Assembly: GCA_944358875.1 (NCBI GenBank)
Contig: CALVRZ010000001.1
Location: 20,214 to 84,213, forward strand
Direction: 5' to 3'
DNA from: an uncultured Bacilli bacterium
GTDB lineage: Bacteria > Bacillota_I > Bacilli_A > RF39 > UBA660
DNA length: 64,000 bases
The notes under the pieces are model-generated. The model was given only the letters and a program-made list of their open reading frames with translations, made no database searches and had not been told where the DNA came from. A program made the translations under genes and the position numbers. Positions 50,103 through 59,639 of this stretch are shown one piece after another; position 1 is the stretch's first letter; each line of letters begins with the position of its first letter.

Positions 50103-50471
50103 ATGATGAATACAACTAGTATAAAAACAGAAATAGTAGTAAAGAATCAGAAAATTAGTGTTTTAAGAATTGATAATAAAGAATATATATCTTTGACTGA
50201 TTTAGCAAGATATGCAAATCCTGAAGAACCTAAAATACCCGTTTATGCTTGGATGAGAAATAAAGATGTTGTTTTATATTTAGGATTATGGGAAAGTATA
50301 AATAATGAAAATTTTAAAGGTCACGAATTCGAGACCTTTGAGAGTGAGGCTGGTAAAAACAGTTTTTATATGTCACCTCAAAAATGGATTAAGGCTACTA
50401 ATGCTATCGGTATTATTTCAAAATCAGGCAATAATGGTGGAACCTTTGCTCATCCTGATTTTGTGTTATAA
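50103..50471 (+). CDS. KilA-N domain-containing protein
   Basis: ISLTDLARYANPEEP...WMRNKDVVLYLGLWE resembles the KilA-N DNA-binding domain common in phage and virus proteins. Confidence 0.45.
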   Translation: MMNTTSIKTEIVVKNQKISVLRIDNKEYISLTDLARYANPEEPKIPVYAWMRNKDVVLYLGLWESINNENFKGHEFETFESEAGKNSFYMSPQKWIKATNAIGIISKSGNNGGTFAHPDFVL

Positions 50472-50475
50472 CTTT

Positions 50476-50512
50476 TTTTAGAGAAAGTAAAATTAAGCTT
50501 TCTCTTTTTTTA
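50476..50512. terminator. Bidirectional terminator between convergent genes (AGAGAAAG-TAAAATTAA-GCTTTCTCT flanked by T/A runs)
   Basis: 8-bp stem with U-runs on both strands. Confidence 0.55.
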
Positions 50513-51386
50513 ATAATTGTAAAAACTTTTGAGCACTATAACTTAAGGATTTATTTTTTAAATAGATAAGACCAATATGGCGTTCATTTAATTTGGGAAC
50601 GATATTTAATTCGAAAAGTTCACCATTATTTAATTCTTTTGCAATGAAGTCTTTAGTAACTAAACCAATTCCTAAGCCTATTTTGGCAAAATGAGTTACT
50701 AAAGAGTAACTGGCAAGTTCCATTTCAGGAATTAAAGTTATATTATGAGATAGGCAGAAGTTATCTAAAAAATATCTTGTATTGGAACCTTTGGCCATTA
50801 AAATTAAGGGATAGTTATTTAAATTTTCTAAGGGAATTGTTTCTTTTTTTAGATAATCGTAATTAGAATTTGCGACAAAGCAATCTTGTATAGTTTTTAA
50901 ATTCTTTGTTGTAAAATCATTAGGGACTTCATAAGGTAAGTTTAATATTATAAAGTCTATTATACCATTTCGTGCTTTAATTATTAATTCATCAGTAGGA
51001 TTAGTATATATTTTGATTTTGATTTGGGGATATTGTTTATGAAATTCTTCTATGTATGTTAATAAAAATTTTCTTGTTAAAGTATTACTTATGCCAATAT
51101 TTATATATCCATTAGTCATGTTAATCATTTCCATCAAAGATTTTTCAGCATTATCAATTATTTCTATAGCATCAGTTAATTTTGAATATAACATTTTACC
51201 TTCTTTAGTCAAGTAAACACCTGATTTAGTTCGGACAAATAATTTACAATTTAATTGTTCTTCTAAGTTTTTTATTGATTTACTAACACCAGGCTGGCTA
51301 ATCATTAGCTTTTTAGCGGCTTTAGTAATATTTTTTTGTTCGGCGACATTTAAAAAGATTTTATATAATTCTAAGTTAATGTTCAT
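50493..51386 (-). CDS. LysR-family transcriptional regulator
   Basis: N-terminal HTH LELYKIFLNVAEQKNITKAAKKLMISQPGVSKSIKNLEEQL and a C-terminal substrate-binding domain. Divergent from the nucleotide operon. Confidence 0.8.
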   Translation of the reverse strand: MNINLELYKIFLNVAEQKNITKAAKKLMISQPGVSKSIKNLEEQLNCKLFVRTKSGVYLTKEGKMLYSKLTDAIEIIDNAEKSLMEMINMTNGYINIGISNTLTRKFLLTYIEEFHKQYPQIKIKIYTNPTDELIIKARNGIIDFIILNLPYEVPNDFTTKNLKTIQDCFVANSNYDYLKKETIPLENLNNYPLILMAKGSNTRYFLDNFCLSHNITLIPEMELASYSLVTHFAKIGLGIGLVTKDFIAKELNNGELFELNIVPKLNERHIGLIYLKNKSLSYSAQKFLQLLKKEKA

Positions 51387-51498
51387 ACTTCGTTCCTCCT
51401 TATTAATTTATTCATAACTTGTAGTTATGACAAGATAACTAAAAAGTATTTGTATTATAACATGTTTTAATTTATAATACAACTTGAAGGGAGGATAT

Positions 51499-52080
51499 AT
51501 GGTTTTTGCAACAAATAATATAGGCAAAATAAGAGAGTTAAAAGACATTTTTGGAGAAGGAAATATTGTTTCTTTAGATGAAGTGGGAATTAAAATTGAT
51601 GTATTAGAAGATCAAGATAGTTTTTATGGGAATGCATCAAAAAAGGCAAGAGAATTATATGCTTTGATTAATAATCCTGTTATTGCTGATGATTCGGGAT
51701 TATGTATTGATGCACTTGATGGATTTCCAGGTGTTTTAACCCATCGTTTTTTAGGAGAAAATAAAACAGATGAAGAAATTAATAAGGCTATTATAGATAA
51801 ATGTAGAAATATAAAGGATAGAAGAGCAAGAGTAGTATGTTGTTTAGTTTATTATGATGGGGTAAGAGAAGTTGTTGCTCAAGGAGAAATACAAGGTAAG
51901 ATTGTTAAAGAACCCCGGGGAAGAAATGGTTTTGGCTTTGATTCGATCTTTGAACTTGAAAAGGGAAAAACTTTAGCTGAAATAGATGGTACAGTTAAAA
52001 ATTTATGTAGTGCTAGATATTTAGCGGCTAAAGAATTAAAGAAGAAATTAGAAGATATTAAAATCAGAAAGATAAGATAG
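51499..52080 (+). CDS. rdgB: Non-canonical purine NTP pyrophosphatase (RdgB/HAM1 family)
   Basis: MVFATNNIGKIRELKDIF, ADDSGLCIDALDGFPGV, F(G/D)FDSIF motifs. Confidence 0.75.
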   Translation: MVFATNNIGKIRELKDIFGEGNIVSLDEVGIKIDVLEDQDSFYGNASKKARELYALINNPVIADDSGLCIDALDGFPGVLTHRFLGENKTDEEINKAIIDKCRNIKDRRARVVCCLVYYDGVREVVAQGEIQGKIVKEPRGRNGFGFDSIFELEKGKTLAEIDGTVKNLCSARYLAAKELKKKLEDIKIRKIR

Positions 52081-52127
52081 TTATTAATTTGATGATTAAT
52101 AATGATAAAAATGGAAGGAAGTAAAGA

Positions 52128-52715
52128 ATGAATTTTTTAGAAATTGGTGCGACGTTATTTGGTTTATTACAAGGTTACTTAGTAATGATAAATAAAAGAA
52201 GTAATTGGATAGCATATATTATGCAAATGTTATTTATGTTTGCTTTTTCACTTAGTGTACGACTTTATGGCGATGCTATTAATAATTTGTGTTACATTTT
52301 TGTGGGAATGATAGGGTTTATTGTATGGAATAAAAAGGATGAAAGAGATATTAAAGCTTGTTCATTGAAAGAAAGAATAATTTATATATTGATTATGTTG
52401 GTAGCAACGTTTATTTCATTTTTGATATTGAAAGAGACGGATGATCCTTTACCATTAATTGATTCTTTTACTACTGTTTCTTCATTTATAGCTACATATT
52501 ATATGATTGTTAAAAAGATTGATACTTGGGTAATATGGTTTATAAATGATATATTTTATTGTATTACTTATTTGTTACTTCCCGACCAAGCTCTATATTT
52601 ATTTGCACTAAATTTAATATGGACATTTATGGCTATTGGTAGTTTTATTAATTGGAGAAAAATTATGATAAATAATGGAGGTAATGGTGATGAAAAAGGT
52701 TTATTTAGCAGGTAA
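52128..52715 (+). CDS. PnuC-family nucleoside/vitamin-riboside transporter-like membrane protein
   Basis: ~195 aa, 7-8 TM, N-terminal GLLQGYL...KRSNW and GFIVWNKK-like Trp motif typical of PnuC/PnuN. Confidence 0.5.
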   Translation: MNFLEIGATLFGLLQGYLVMINKRSNWIAYIMQMLFMFAFSLSVRLYGDAINNLCYIFVGMIGFIVWNKKDERDIKACSLKERIIYILIMLVATFISFLILKETDDPLPLIDSFTTVSSFIATYYMIVKKIDTWVIWFINDIFYCITYLLLPDQALYLFALNLIWTFMAIGSFINWRKIMINNGGNGDEKGLFSR

Positions 52716-53193
52716 ATTTAATTTAATTAAAAATAATGATTTAAGTTTAAGTGAAAAGTTAGTTAATGATTTTAGAGCTATTTTATTAGGTAATGCACAT
52801 TTGTTAACTTTTGCTCAGGAAAATTTAAGATTAAATGAAAAGTATATTTATGGTGGACCATTTTATTGTGAACAAGCATCAAATGGGGACTATACTTCAA
52901 CCGATTGTAATGTTGTTTTAGAAAATGAATATAAAGCAGTACTTGATTCAGATATTTATGTTGCGGTATTTGGAGAAAAATTTTCTGTTGGTACAATTGT
53001 TGAACTTGATTGGGCTTTGGAGAATAATAAAGAAATTATAATTTTATACCAAGAAGAAGATTCTAATTACACGATTAAATCTGATTATTGGTTTGCTATT
53101 GCTAATGCTTTAAAAAGAAATAATAAAATAAAGTTATATAAATATAAGAATGATGATGAGGTTGTTAAATATTTACAAGAGGTGTTAGAATGA
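52690..53193 (+). CDS. Nucleoside 2-deoxyribosyltransferase-like (Ndt/DNPH1/LOG-fold) protein
   Basis: N-terminal VYLAGKF and catalytic-Glu region VGTIVELDWALENNKEIIIL aligning with Ndt DVGLGMELGYALSQGKYVLL. Start set at the ATG after RBS GGAGG. Confidence 0.5.
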   Translation: MKKVYLAGKFNLIKNNDLSLSEKLVNDFRAILLGNAHLLTFAQENLRLNEKYIYGGPFYCEQASNGDYTSTDCNVVLENEYKAVLDSDIYVAVFGEKFSVGTIVELDWALENNKEIIILYQEEDSNYTIKSDYWFAIANALKRNNKIKLYKYKNDDEVVKYLQEVLE

Positions 53194-54023
53194 TTAAGTA
53201 TAAAGAGTTAGAATTAATTTTTTCTTCATTTAAATGTGATAAGAACTGTCCTTATTGTACGGCAAAAATTACGAAATGGCCAATTAAAGATGATTCTTTA
53301 GATAAACTTCTTGAAAAATTAAATTTTTTGAAGAATAAAAAAATTAGATTTAAATATTTTATAATTTCCGGAAATGGAGAGCCATCTTTAAATAGTTATG
53401 ATAGTTTAAAAATGATTAAAGATGCTACTAATAGGGTAAACTTATTTGATGAGAAAAGGTTGCAGTCAAGTGGTAATATTTTTTATGAAGATGATAAGTT
53501 TGAAATGTTAAAAGATGATTTTATGATTGAAATTACAAGATGTTATTTTGATTCTAAAAAAGATATGGAAATTCTTGGTTATGAAAGAGATTATATTAAT
53601 ACAGATAATTTTAAAAAAGCTAAGATAAGACTTAACTATGTAATGATGAAAAATAAGACTTTTGATGAATATTTAGATGAAATAAAGATGTTTATTGATA
53701 AATATCCTAATATTAAGACAGTTAGTTTAAAGACTTTAAATGTAAATACTTTAAATGATAATATTGATAATAGGTATTCTAAATGGATACTTGAAAATGG
53801 CCTTACGAAGAGTGATTCTGATAAGATAATTGACTATATGGCTAATAAAGCAATATTTAAATGTAAAGATGAGAATTTTTTTGATCGATATGAATGGATT
53901 TACCATGATATTCCTATTACTTTTTATGTAAAAAAATTAGATTATGGTTATTCTAATATTGTTTATTATGGTGGTGAACTAGTTGATTATCATTTGCAAC
54001 CTATTAATTTTGAGGAGATGTGA
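53190..54023 (+). CDS. Small radical SAM enzyme
   Basis: CDKNCPYC (CxxxCxxC) at aa 16-23. SAM-binding ISGNGEP (GGEP-like). Confidence 0.6.
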   Translation: MIKYKELELIFSSFKCDKNCPYCTAKITKWPIKDDSLDKLLEKLNFLKNKKIRFKYFIISGNGEPSLNSYDSLKMIKDATNRVNLFDEKRLQSSGNIFYEDDKFEMLKDDFMIEITRCYFDSKKDMEILGYERDYINTDNFKKAKIRLNYVMMKNKTFDEYLDEIKMFIDKYPNIKTVSLKTLNVNTLNDNIDNRYSKWILENGLTKSDSDKIIDYMANKAIFKCKDENFFDRYEWIYHDIPITFYVKKLDYGYSNIVYYGGELVDYHLQPINFEEM

Positions 54024-54025
54024 TT

Positions 54026-54916
54026 ATGGTTAAGTTAAGATTAGGGAAAATTAATAATGAAGAAAGAAAATTTATACCAACAAAGATGGAATATTTAGAA
54101 AAGTATTTAAATGGAATGGATTGTATCGAAGAGTATATTTTGACGCAAACTTACCTTAATGGTTTTAAATATCGTGAATATAATGATGGAGGCGTTTTTA
54201 AATATACAAGAAATAATAAAATGAGTAAAATTACTGATGTTAAGGAGATTTCTAGTAAGGAATTTTATGATGTTTTAAAGAAAAATGATTATAAATGTGT
54301 TAGAAAAATTAGGAAATATTATATTGATGGTGATTATGAAATTGATGCTGATTATTTTATAGAACCAATTAGGATGGTAATGATTGAAGTATCTTCCACA
54401 AAACCACTAGAGGATTATGTTCCACCAAAGGGCTTTTTAGAAGTTTCTAATACTAAGACTTTTGAGAATTATGGCATTTATAATGGTATGGTTAAAGCCA
54501 ATAGAACAATTATTGAAGGTACTGATGGTGTAGGTAAAACAGAAACAATAAAAAAATTATTAGAAGATGGAATAATATGTCAGGATCGATTGGTTGAGGT
54601 TGTATCTAAAAATATGTTTTTTGATATAGATATGGATATTCGTGCTAAAAGGATAGAGGATTATTTAATTAATAATAACAATGATATAATTATATTGATT
54701 AATAATGATAAAGAAGAATTGGAAAAGCGAATTAGGATGAGAGAGGTTTTATCTGAATATGATTTAGAGGCATTTAGATATAATCAACTTTATTTAGATA
54801 CTTTTAATTATATGAAAGAAAATAAGATGTTACATAATAAAATGTTTTTAGTTGATTGTACGCATTTAACGATTGATGAACAAGTAAGAGAAGTTAAAAA
54901 GATAATCGAAAGATAA
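54026..54916 (+). CDS. Two-domain protein: N-terminal CYTH-like domain (tentative) fused to a P-loop nucleoside/nucleotide kinase (dNK/thymidylate kinase-like)
   Basis: N-terminus NEERKFIP...TQTYL...RIRKYYIDGDYEIDADYFIEP (CYTH-like acidic/basic pattern). IIEGTDGVGKTE Walker A and DR motif. Confidence 0.45.
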   Translation: MVKLRLGKINNEERKFIPTKMEYLEKYLNGMDCIEEYILTQTYLNGFKYREYNDGGVFKYTRNNKMSKITDVKEISSKEFYDVLKKNDYKCVRKIRKYYIDGDYEIDADYFIEPIRMVMIEVSSTKPLEDYVPPKGFLEVSNTKTFENYGIYNGMVKANRTIIEGTDGVGKTETIKKLLEDGIICQDRLVEVVSKNMFFDIDMDIRAKRIEDYLINNNNDIIILINNDKEELEKRIRMREVLSEYDLEAFRYNQLYLDTFNYMKENKMLHNKMFLVDCTHLTIDEQVREVKKIIER

Positions 54917-54940
54917 TAATATTGATAGGAGTTTTTTAAA

Positions 54941-56545
54941 ATGTTTAATATAGGACAAATAAAATATTCAATAATGCATACTATGGCAATTAATATGTTG
55001 GGTGAAAAAAGAAAGGTTGGTAAAACTCTTTTGGAAGAAATGAAGTACCATGATATGGATAAGGTTTTAAATTATATGATTAGTAGTATATTTACGGCAC
55101 ATAGACTACATATAATTAATTCTAACCATCATTTAGAATCATCTACAATAAAACATGATACGGATTTAATAGAAACGGTTTTGGATTGGGAAATAGCTAG
55201 ATATACGAAGAGTGATAAACCTTTAAATGCTTATCAGACTTTAAATAAATATCATTCGGAATATAAAAATGTTATTTTACCTGTTTTAAAAGATTTAAAC
55301 TTAGATAATGATAATACTCAAATGGATAGAGAAATTGTAGAAAAAATAAATAATATTAATTTATCAAATGAAGATATTTTAAATTATGTTATTAGTTATA
55401 TTAATTATTTAAAAGATAATAGGGTAGAAACATATTATGATTTAAAAGAAATAGTTTTAAGAATTTATCAAAGTTTAAGTAAAGAAGAACAATTATATTT
55501 TAAAAGTCATATGGATAGTGATTATTTAAATCCAATTTTGAAGTCGAAAAGAAAACGAAGAATAGGATTATTTACCCATAAAAATGCTGATTATGATGCT
55601 ATTTCAAGTACACTTTCTTTAGCTAGTTATATTAGTTTTTTAACTAATGATGAAGATATAGAAGTTATTCCTGTGATTGAACCGACGATGCTTTTACAAA
55701 AAGTAAAGAATAATTTAAAAGTATATACGGAAGAAGAAGCAAAAGAGATAGATTTTGATGATGTAATTATTTGTGATGTTAATGAGCAAGATAGAGTTTA
55801 TGGACTTGATTTAATTAATAAAGTTGAAGTTAATAGACGCTATATTATTGATCATCATGATAAAAATAGAGTAGAAGTGGAAGCCTTAGGAACTAATAAA
55901 ATGGTTCTTCCTAGTTATTCTTCTACTTGTGAGATAATTACGGAATTGCTTATTTTTGATGGCTTTTCAATTCCTAGGGATATGGCTTACAATTTATATT
56001 GTGGTATGGCAAGTGATACTTCTTTATTTGAAAGAAATGTAACATTAAATACAGAAAAAATGGTAAACTATTTGAAATTAACAGAACAAGAGAAAAAGGA
56101 TATTCAAGATGATATGAATAAAATGACACCAGAACAGGAAAAATTATATGATAGAATTAAAGTAATTGATAGTGGAGAAGATATTAAAATTTATACACTT
56201 TTGGAGCCTATAGAAGCAGGTGATATTACAAAGTATTTAAAACATAAGAAATTTGATCAATTGACAGGTCCTACGAAGGAAAATCCTATAACTTGTTTTA
56301 TAGTAGGATGTGGAAATAATTATTTCTTAAAATTAAAGAAGATTCCTGATTGTGAAATAGATTTGTTAACGATAGCTATTAATTGTAATGGTGGTGGTCA
56401 TGAAAATCGTTGTGCCGGAAGATTTTATGATACTGATTTTCAAACTGTATTTAATAAATTAATAGAAGAATATCGTTCTGTTAAAGCAAAAATGTTAAAT
56501 AATGATGATGGTGAAGAGAAAAAAAGAAAATTGTTTTTACAATAA
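54941..56545 (+). CDS. DHH/DHHA1-family phosphoesterase with an N-terminal His-rich (possibly HD-like) ~200-aa domain
   Basis: DHH motifs FTHKNADYDAISS (I), ICDVNEQD (II), IIDHHDKN (III), DHHA1 GGGHENRCAG. N-terminal HTMAINM, YHDMDK, HRLHIINSNHH. Confidence 0.55.
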   Translation: MFNIGQIKYSIMHTMAINMLGEKRKVGKTLLEEMKYHDMDKVLNYMISSIFTAHRLHIINSNHHLESSTIKHDTDLIETVLDWEIARYTKSDKPLNAYQTLNKYHSEYKNVILPVLKDLNLDNDNTQMDREIVEKINNINLSNEDILNYVISYINYLKDNRVETYYDLKEIVLRIYQSLSKEEQLYFKSHMDSDYLNPILKSKRKRRIGLFTHKNADYDAISSTLSLASYISFLTNDEDIEVIPVIEPTMLLQKVKNNLKVYTEEEAKEIDFDDVIICDVNEQDRVYGLDLINKVEVNRRYIIDHHDKNRVEVEALGTNKMVLPSYSSTCEIITELLIFDGFSIPRDMAYNLYCGMASDTSLFERNVTLNTEKMVNYLKLTEQEKKDIQDDMNKMTPEQEKLYDRIKVIDSGEDIKIYTLLEPIEAGDITKYLKHKKFDQLTGPTKENPITCFIVGCGNNYFLKLKKIPDCEIDLLTIAINCNGGGHENRCAGRFYDTDFQTVFNKLIEEYRSVKAKMLNNDDGEEKKRKLFLQ

Positions 56546-56653
56546 CAATACTTTAAGTTTATTATAAAACAAATCATGATAATAGATTATGATTTGTTTT
56601 TTTGGTAAAATGATAAAGATGTGTTATAATATACTTCCATCTGGGGGGATATT

Positions 56654-57727
56654 ATGGATTTCGTTTTATTAAGTAAAATTGATAACTTAGTATTTGAATT
56701 AAAAGAATTATTCTATTTATACAATGATTTAACGATTAAAGATATAAAAAATTATTTGGATAAGGCCAAGAAATTTTATAGTATTGAAGAAATAGAATGT
56801 GCTGTAAATATTTTATTAGTAGATTATGGAATAATTGTAAGAGATGACTTTTGGGAAAAAGATGCTGTATATCATTATGTTGCTAATAGATATTATCAAG
56901 ATTCTGCTTTTACGCGTCATTATTATTCATTTACAGTAGATAATACTAGTAATAAGAAAATTTTATTAATATCTGATACACATATAGGAAATCCAGAATT
57001 AGAAAATTTTTCAATGTTACATAATATTTATGATTATGCTTTGAAAAAGGGGGTAAATAAATGTTTTCATCTAGGTGATATTTTTTCACGGTTAGATTAT
57101 GATAAATGGGATAGGGAGAAGATTGAAAAACAGTTAGCTTTATTTGGTAGATATTATCCTGATTGTGCTGAAATAGATACTTATTCATTGATTGGTAATC
57201 ATGATGAATATTTTAATGGCTTTTTGACATATGATAAGATGATAAATATACCTATTGAGTATGATTTAAGACAATTATCTAGATATGTAAGTAATTTTTA
57301 TGTAATACCTAGGACGGCTTGGAATATTGATTTTTCAAATGTTAAGATGCATCTTAGTCATAAGTTGTATCTTAATTGGATGATTCGTGATAAAAAGTTA
57401 AATAATTTAGAAGAGATGAAGTATAATAATTTCTTTGATAATATGGATTATAATTTGCTAATATCAGGTCATTTACATCAAGGGTTTATTTATAATTATG
57501 TTTGTAATAAGCAAGACCATCTTTTTTTAGGAGTGCCATCTGCGACTAGATTAAATCAAAATGGAGTAGTTGCATATATTGTTTCTTTAAATTATAATGA
57601 TTTAGGAGAAATTGATTATTTTGATGTTTCATTATTGTTAAGTGATGATAATAATAAAATTTATGAAGGTGAGACAATTAATTGGAATTTTCAAGAAAAA
57701 AATAAAAGTTTAAAAAAGACTTTTTAA
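56654..57727 (+). CDS. Calcineurin-like metallophosphoesterase
   Basis: ISDTHIG, LGDIF, GNHDEYF, SGHLHQG motif series. Confidence 0.6.
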   Translation: MDFVLLSKIDNLVFELKELFYLYNDLTIKDIKNYLDKAKKFYSIEEIECAVNILLVDYGIIVRDDFWEKDAVYHYVANRYYQDSAFTRHYYSFTVDNTSNKKILLISDTHIGNPELENFSMLHNIYDYALKKGVNKCFHLGDIFSRLDYDKWDREKIEKQLALFGRYYPDCAEIDTYSLIGNHDEYFNGFLTYDKMINIPIEYDLRQLSRYVSNFYVIPRTAWNIDFSNVKMHLSHKLYLNWMIRDKKLNNLEEMKYNNFFDNMDYNLLISGHLHQGFIYNYVCNKQDHLFLGVPSATRLNQNGVVAYIVSLNYNDLGEIDYFDVSLLLSDDNNKIYEGETINWNFQEKNKSLKKTF

Positions 57728-57793
57728 GATAAAAAGTGAATTAACCTTTCATTTTTCCATATTTTATTATATAATTTAAATAGGTGAAGATGT

Positions 57794-58198
57794 ATGAATA
57801 GGAAAGGTTTTACTTTAATTGAATTATTGGGTGTTTTAGTTATAATATCTGTTATTATGTTAATTGGGGTTTCTATTATTGGTAATAGTTTAGCTTTGAA
57901 TAAGGAAGAAGCATACAAGATTATGAAAAATAATGTTGCTAATGCTGCTTTAACTTATGTTAAGGAATGTGAAGGAAATTTGATTAATTGTGATAATGAG
58001 TATGAATGGCAAAATGATAATGATGGGGAAGTTGCTATTGTTAGAGCTTATAATTTACTTAATCATGGTTATTTTAGAGGAGATAGTTTACTTAGTCCTA
58101 TAGATAATAGTGATGTAAGTAATTGTATGGTTGTTTATGTTTATAGAGATAGTAATATGGTGTTGTCACCAAGAGTTGATGATAGTGATTGTAATTAA
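57794..58198 (+). CDS. Prepilin-type N-terminal cleavage/methylation-domain protein (short pilin-like, 134 aa), paralog of the N-terminal domain of the 579-aa protein
   Basis: RKGFTLIELLGVLVIISVIMLIGVSI. Shared NHGYFRGD / NRGYFERDD motif with the gene at 7826. Confidence 0.6.
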   Translation: MNRKGFTLIELLGVLVIISVIMLIGVSIIGNSLALNKEEAYKIMKNNVANAALTYVKECEGNLINCDNEYEWQNDNDGEVAIVRAYNLLNHGYFRGDSLLSPIDNSDVSNCMVVYVYRDSNMVLSPRVDDSDCN

Positions 58199-58231
58199 AA
58201 AGAAGTTGTCGAATTATGACAGCTTCTTTGA

Positions 58232-58432
58232 TTAATAAAATGGAACTGGTGGGTAAGGATATGGATATGGTGGATAGGGTCTTGGGTAGAAGGCGGGTGC
58301 TAATAAACCTCCGGTTATTCCTCCTAGAATAAAGGGTCCTAGAAAACCACCTCCAATGAACCGATTACCATTATTTATACCAGGTCGTGGACGAGGACGA
58401 AATGATGGGTTCATAGGCCTATTATTATACAT
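58232..58432 (-). CDS. Small Pro/Tyr/Gly-rich protein (66 aa, ...YPRPYPPYPYPYPPVPFY)
   Basis: RBS GAAAGGAG on the minus strand. Composition resembles spore-coat-like or structural low-complexity proteins. Convergent with the pilin-like gene across a hairpin. Confidence 0.35.
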   Translation of the reverse strand: MYNNRPMNPSFRPRPRPGINNGNRFIGGGFLGPFILGGITGGLLAPAFYPRPYPPYPYPYPPVPFY

Positions 58433-58488
58433 GGTATCAAGCTCCTTTCATATTATTATATAGAAATATTTTAAAAAGGGTGATAAAA

Positions 58489-59607
58489 ATGGAAAATAAA
58501 ATTGATAAACTTGCTAATCTTGTGGTTAATTATTCTTTAAAGGTTAAAAAGGGAGATAGAATTCTTATTTCTTGTGAGACTTTAGAGCCTAAGCCTTTAG
58601 TAAAAGCTTTAGTTAATAAGATTATGGATCTTGGTGGTTATGTTTTAGTTAAAATTTCTGATCCTGAGATTAATGCTCTTATTAATGAAAAAATTAATGA
58701 TGATATATTAGATAATTTTGCGAAGAGAAAAGAATTTGAAGTGGATAATTTTGATGCTTTTATTACGATTTGTTATAGTGTTAATGATTATATTGATAAA
58801 AAAAGAAATAGTAAGGTTATAAGTAAACTTAGTAAAATGACTCAGGATATTGATCATATTAGGATTAATGATAGAAAATGGGTACTAATTAATTATCCTT
58901 CTTGTTTGGATGCTTATAAGGCAATGATGAAGAATGATGATTTTTATGAATATGCAATGGCCGCTATGACGATGGATTATGCTAAGATGAACGAACTTAT
59001 TAAACCTTTGAAAGAATTAATGGAAAAGACGGATAAAGTTAGAATTTTGGGGCCTGATACAGATATTACTTTTAGTATTAAAGGAATGCATGCGGAACCT
59101 TGTACGGGAGAATATAATATTCCTGATGGGGAGATTTTTACGGCACCAATTAGAGATAGTGTCAATGGCATTATTACTTATAATACGAGAAGTGTATATC
59201 ATGGTGAAGTGTTTAGTGATGTTAGATTGGAATTTAAAGATGGTAAAATTATAAAAGCTAGTTCAAAGATGGGTAAACAAGACAAGTTAGAAGAAATATT
59301 TAATTCGGATGAGGGAGCTCGTTATATTGGTGAATTTGCTTTAGGTTTTAATCCGATGATTACAGAACCAATGGGGGATATTTTATTTGATGAAAAGATA
59401 AAGGGAAGTTTACATTTTACGCCAGGACAGTGTTATGATGAAGCTGATAATGGTAATAATTCGATGATTCATTGGGATTTGGTTTTAATTCAAAGAGAAG
59501 AATATGGTGGTGGCGAAATTTATTTTGATGATGTTCTTATTAGAAAGGATGGTAAATTTATTTTACCAGAATTAGAAGCACTCAATTTTGACAAAAAAGA
59601 AAAATAG
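58489..59607 (+). CDS. Aminopeptidase, M29 (AmpS/PepS/aminopeptidase T) family
   Basis: N-terminal KLANLVVNYSLKVKKGDRILISCETLEPKPLVKAL and overall length typical of M29 aminopeptidases. Confidence 0.65.
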   Translation: MENKIDKLANLVVNYSLKVKKGDRILISCETLEPKPLVKALVNKIMDLGGYVLVKISDPEINALINEKINDDILDNFAKRKEFEVDNFDAFITICYSVNDYIDKKRNSKVISKLSKMTQDIDHIRINDRKWVLINYPSCLDAYKAMMKNDDFYEYAMAAMTMDYAKMNELIKPLKELMEKTDKVRILGPDTDITFSIKGMHAEPCTGEYNIPDGEIFTAPIRDSVNGIITYNTRSVYHGEVFSDVRLEFKDGKIIKASSKMGKQDKLEEIFNSDEGARYIGEFALGFNPMITEPMGDILFDEKIKGSLHFTPGQCYDEADNGNNSMIHWDLVLIQREEYGGGEIYFDDVLIRKDGKFILPELEALNFDKKEK

Positions 59608-59639
59608 TATATAATAGATAGTCATATTGGGTGATGTAA

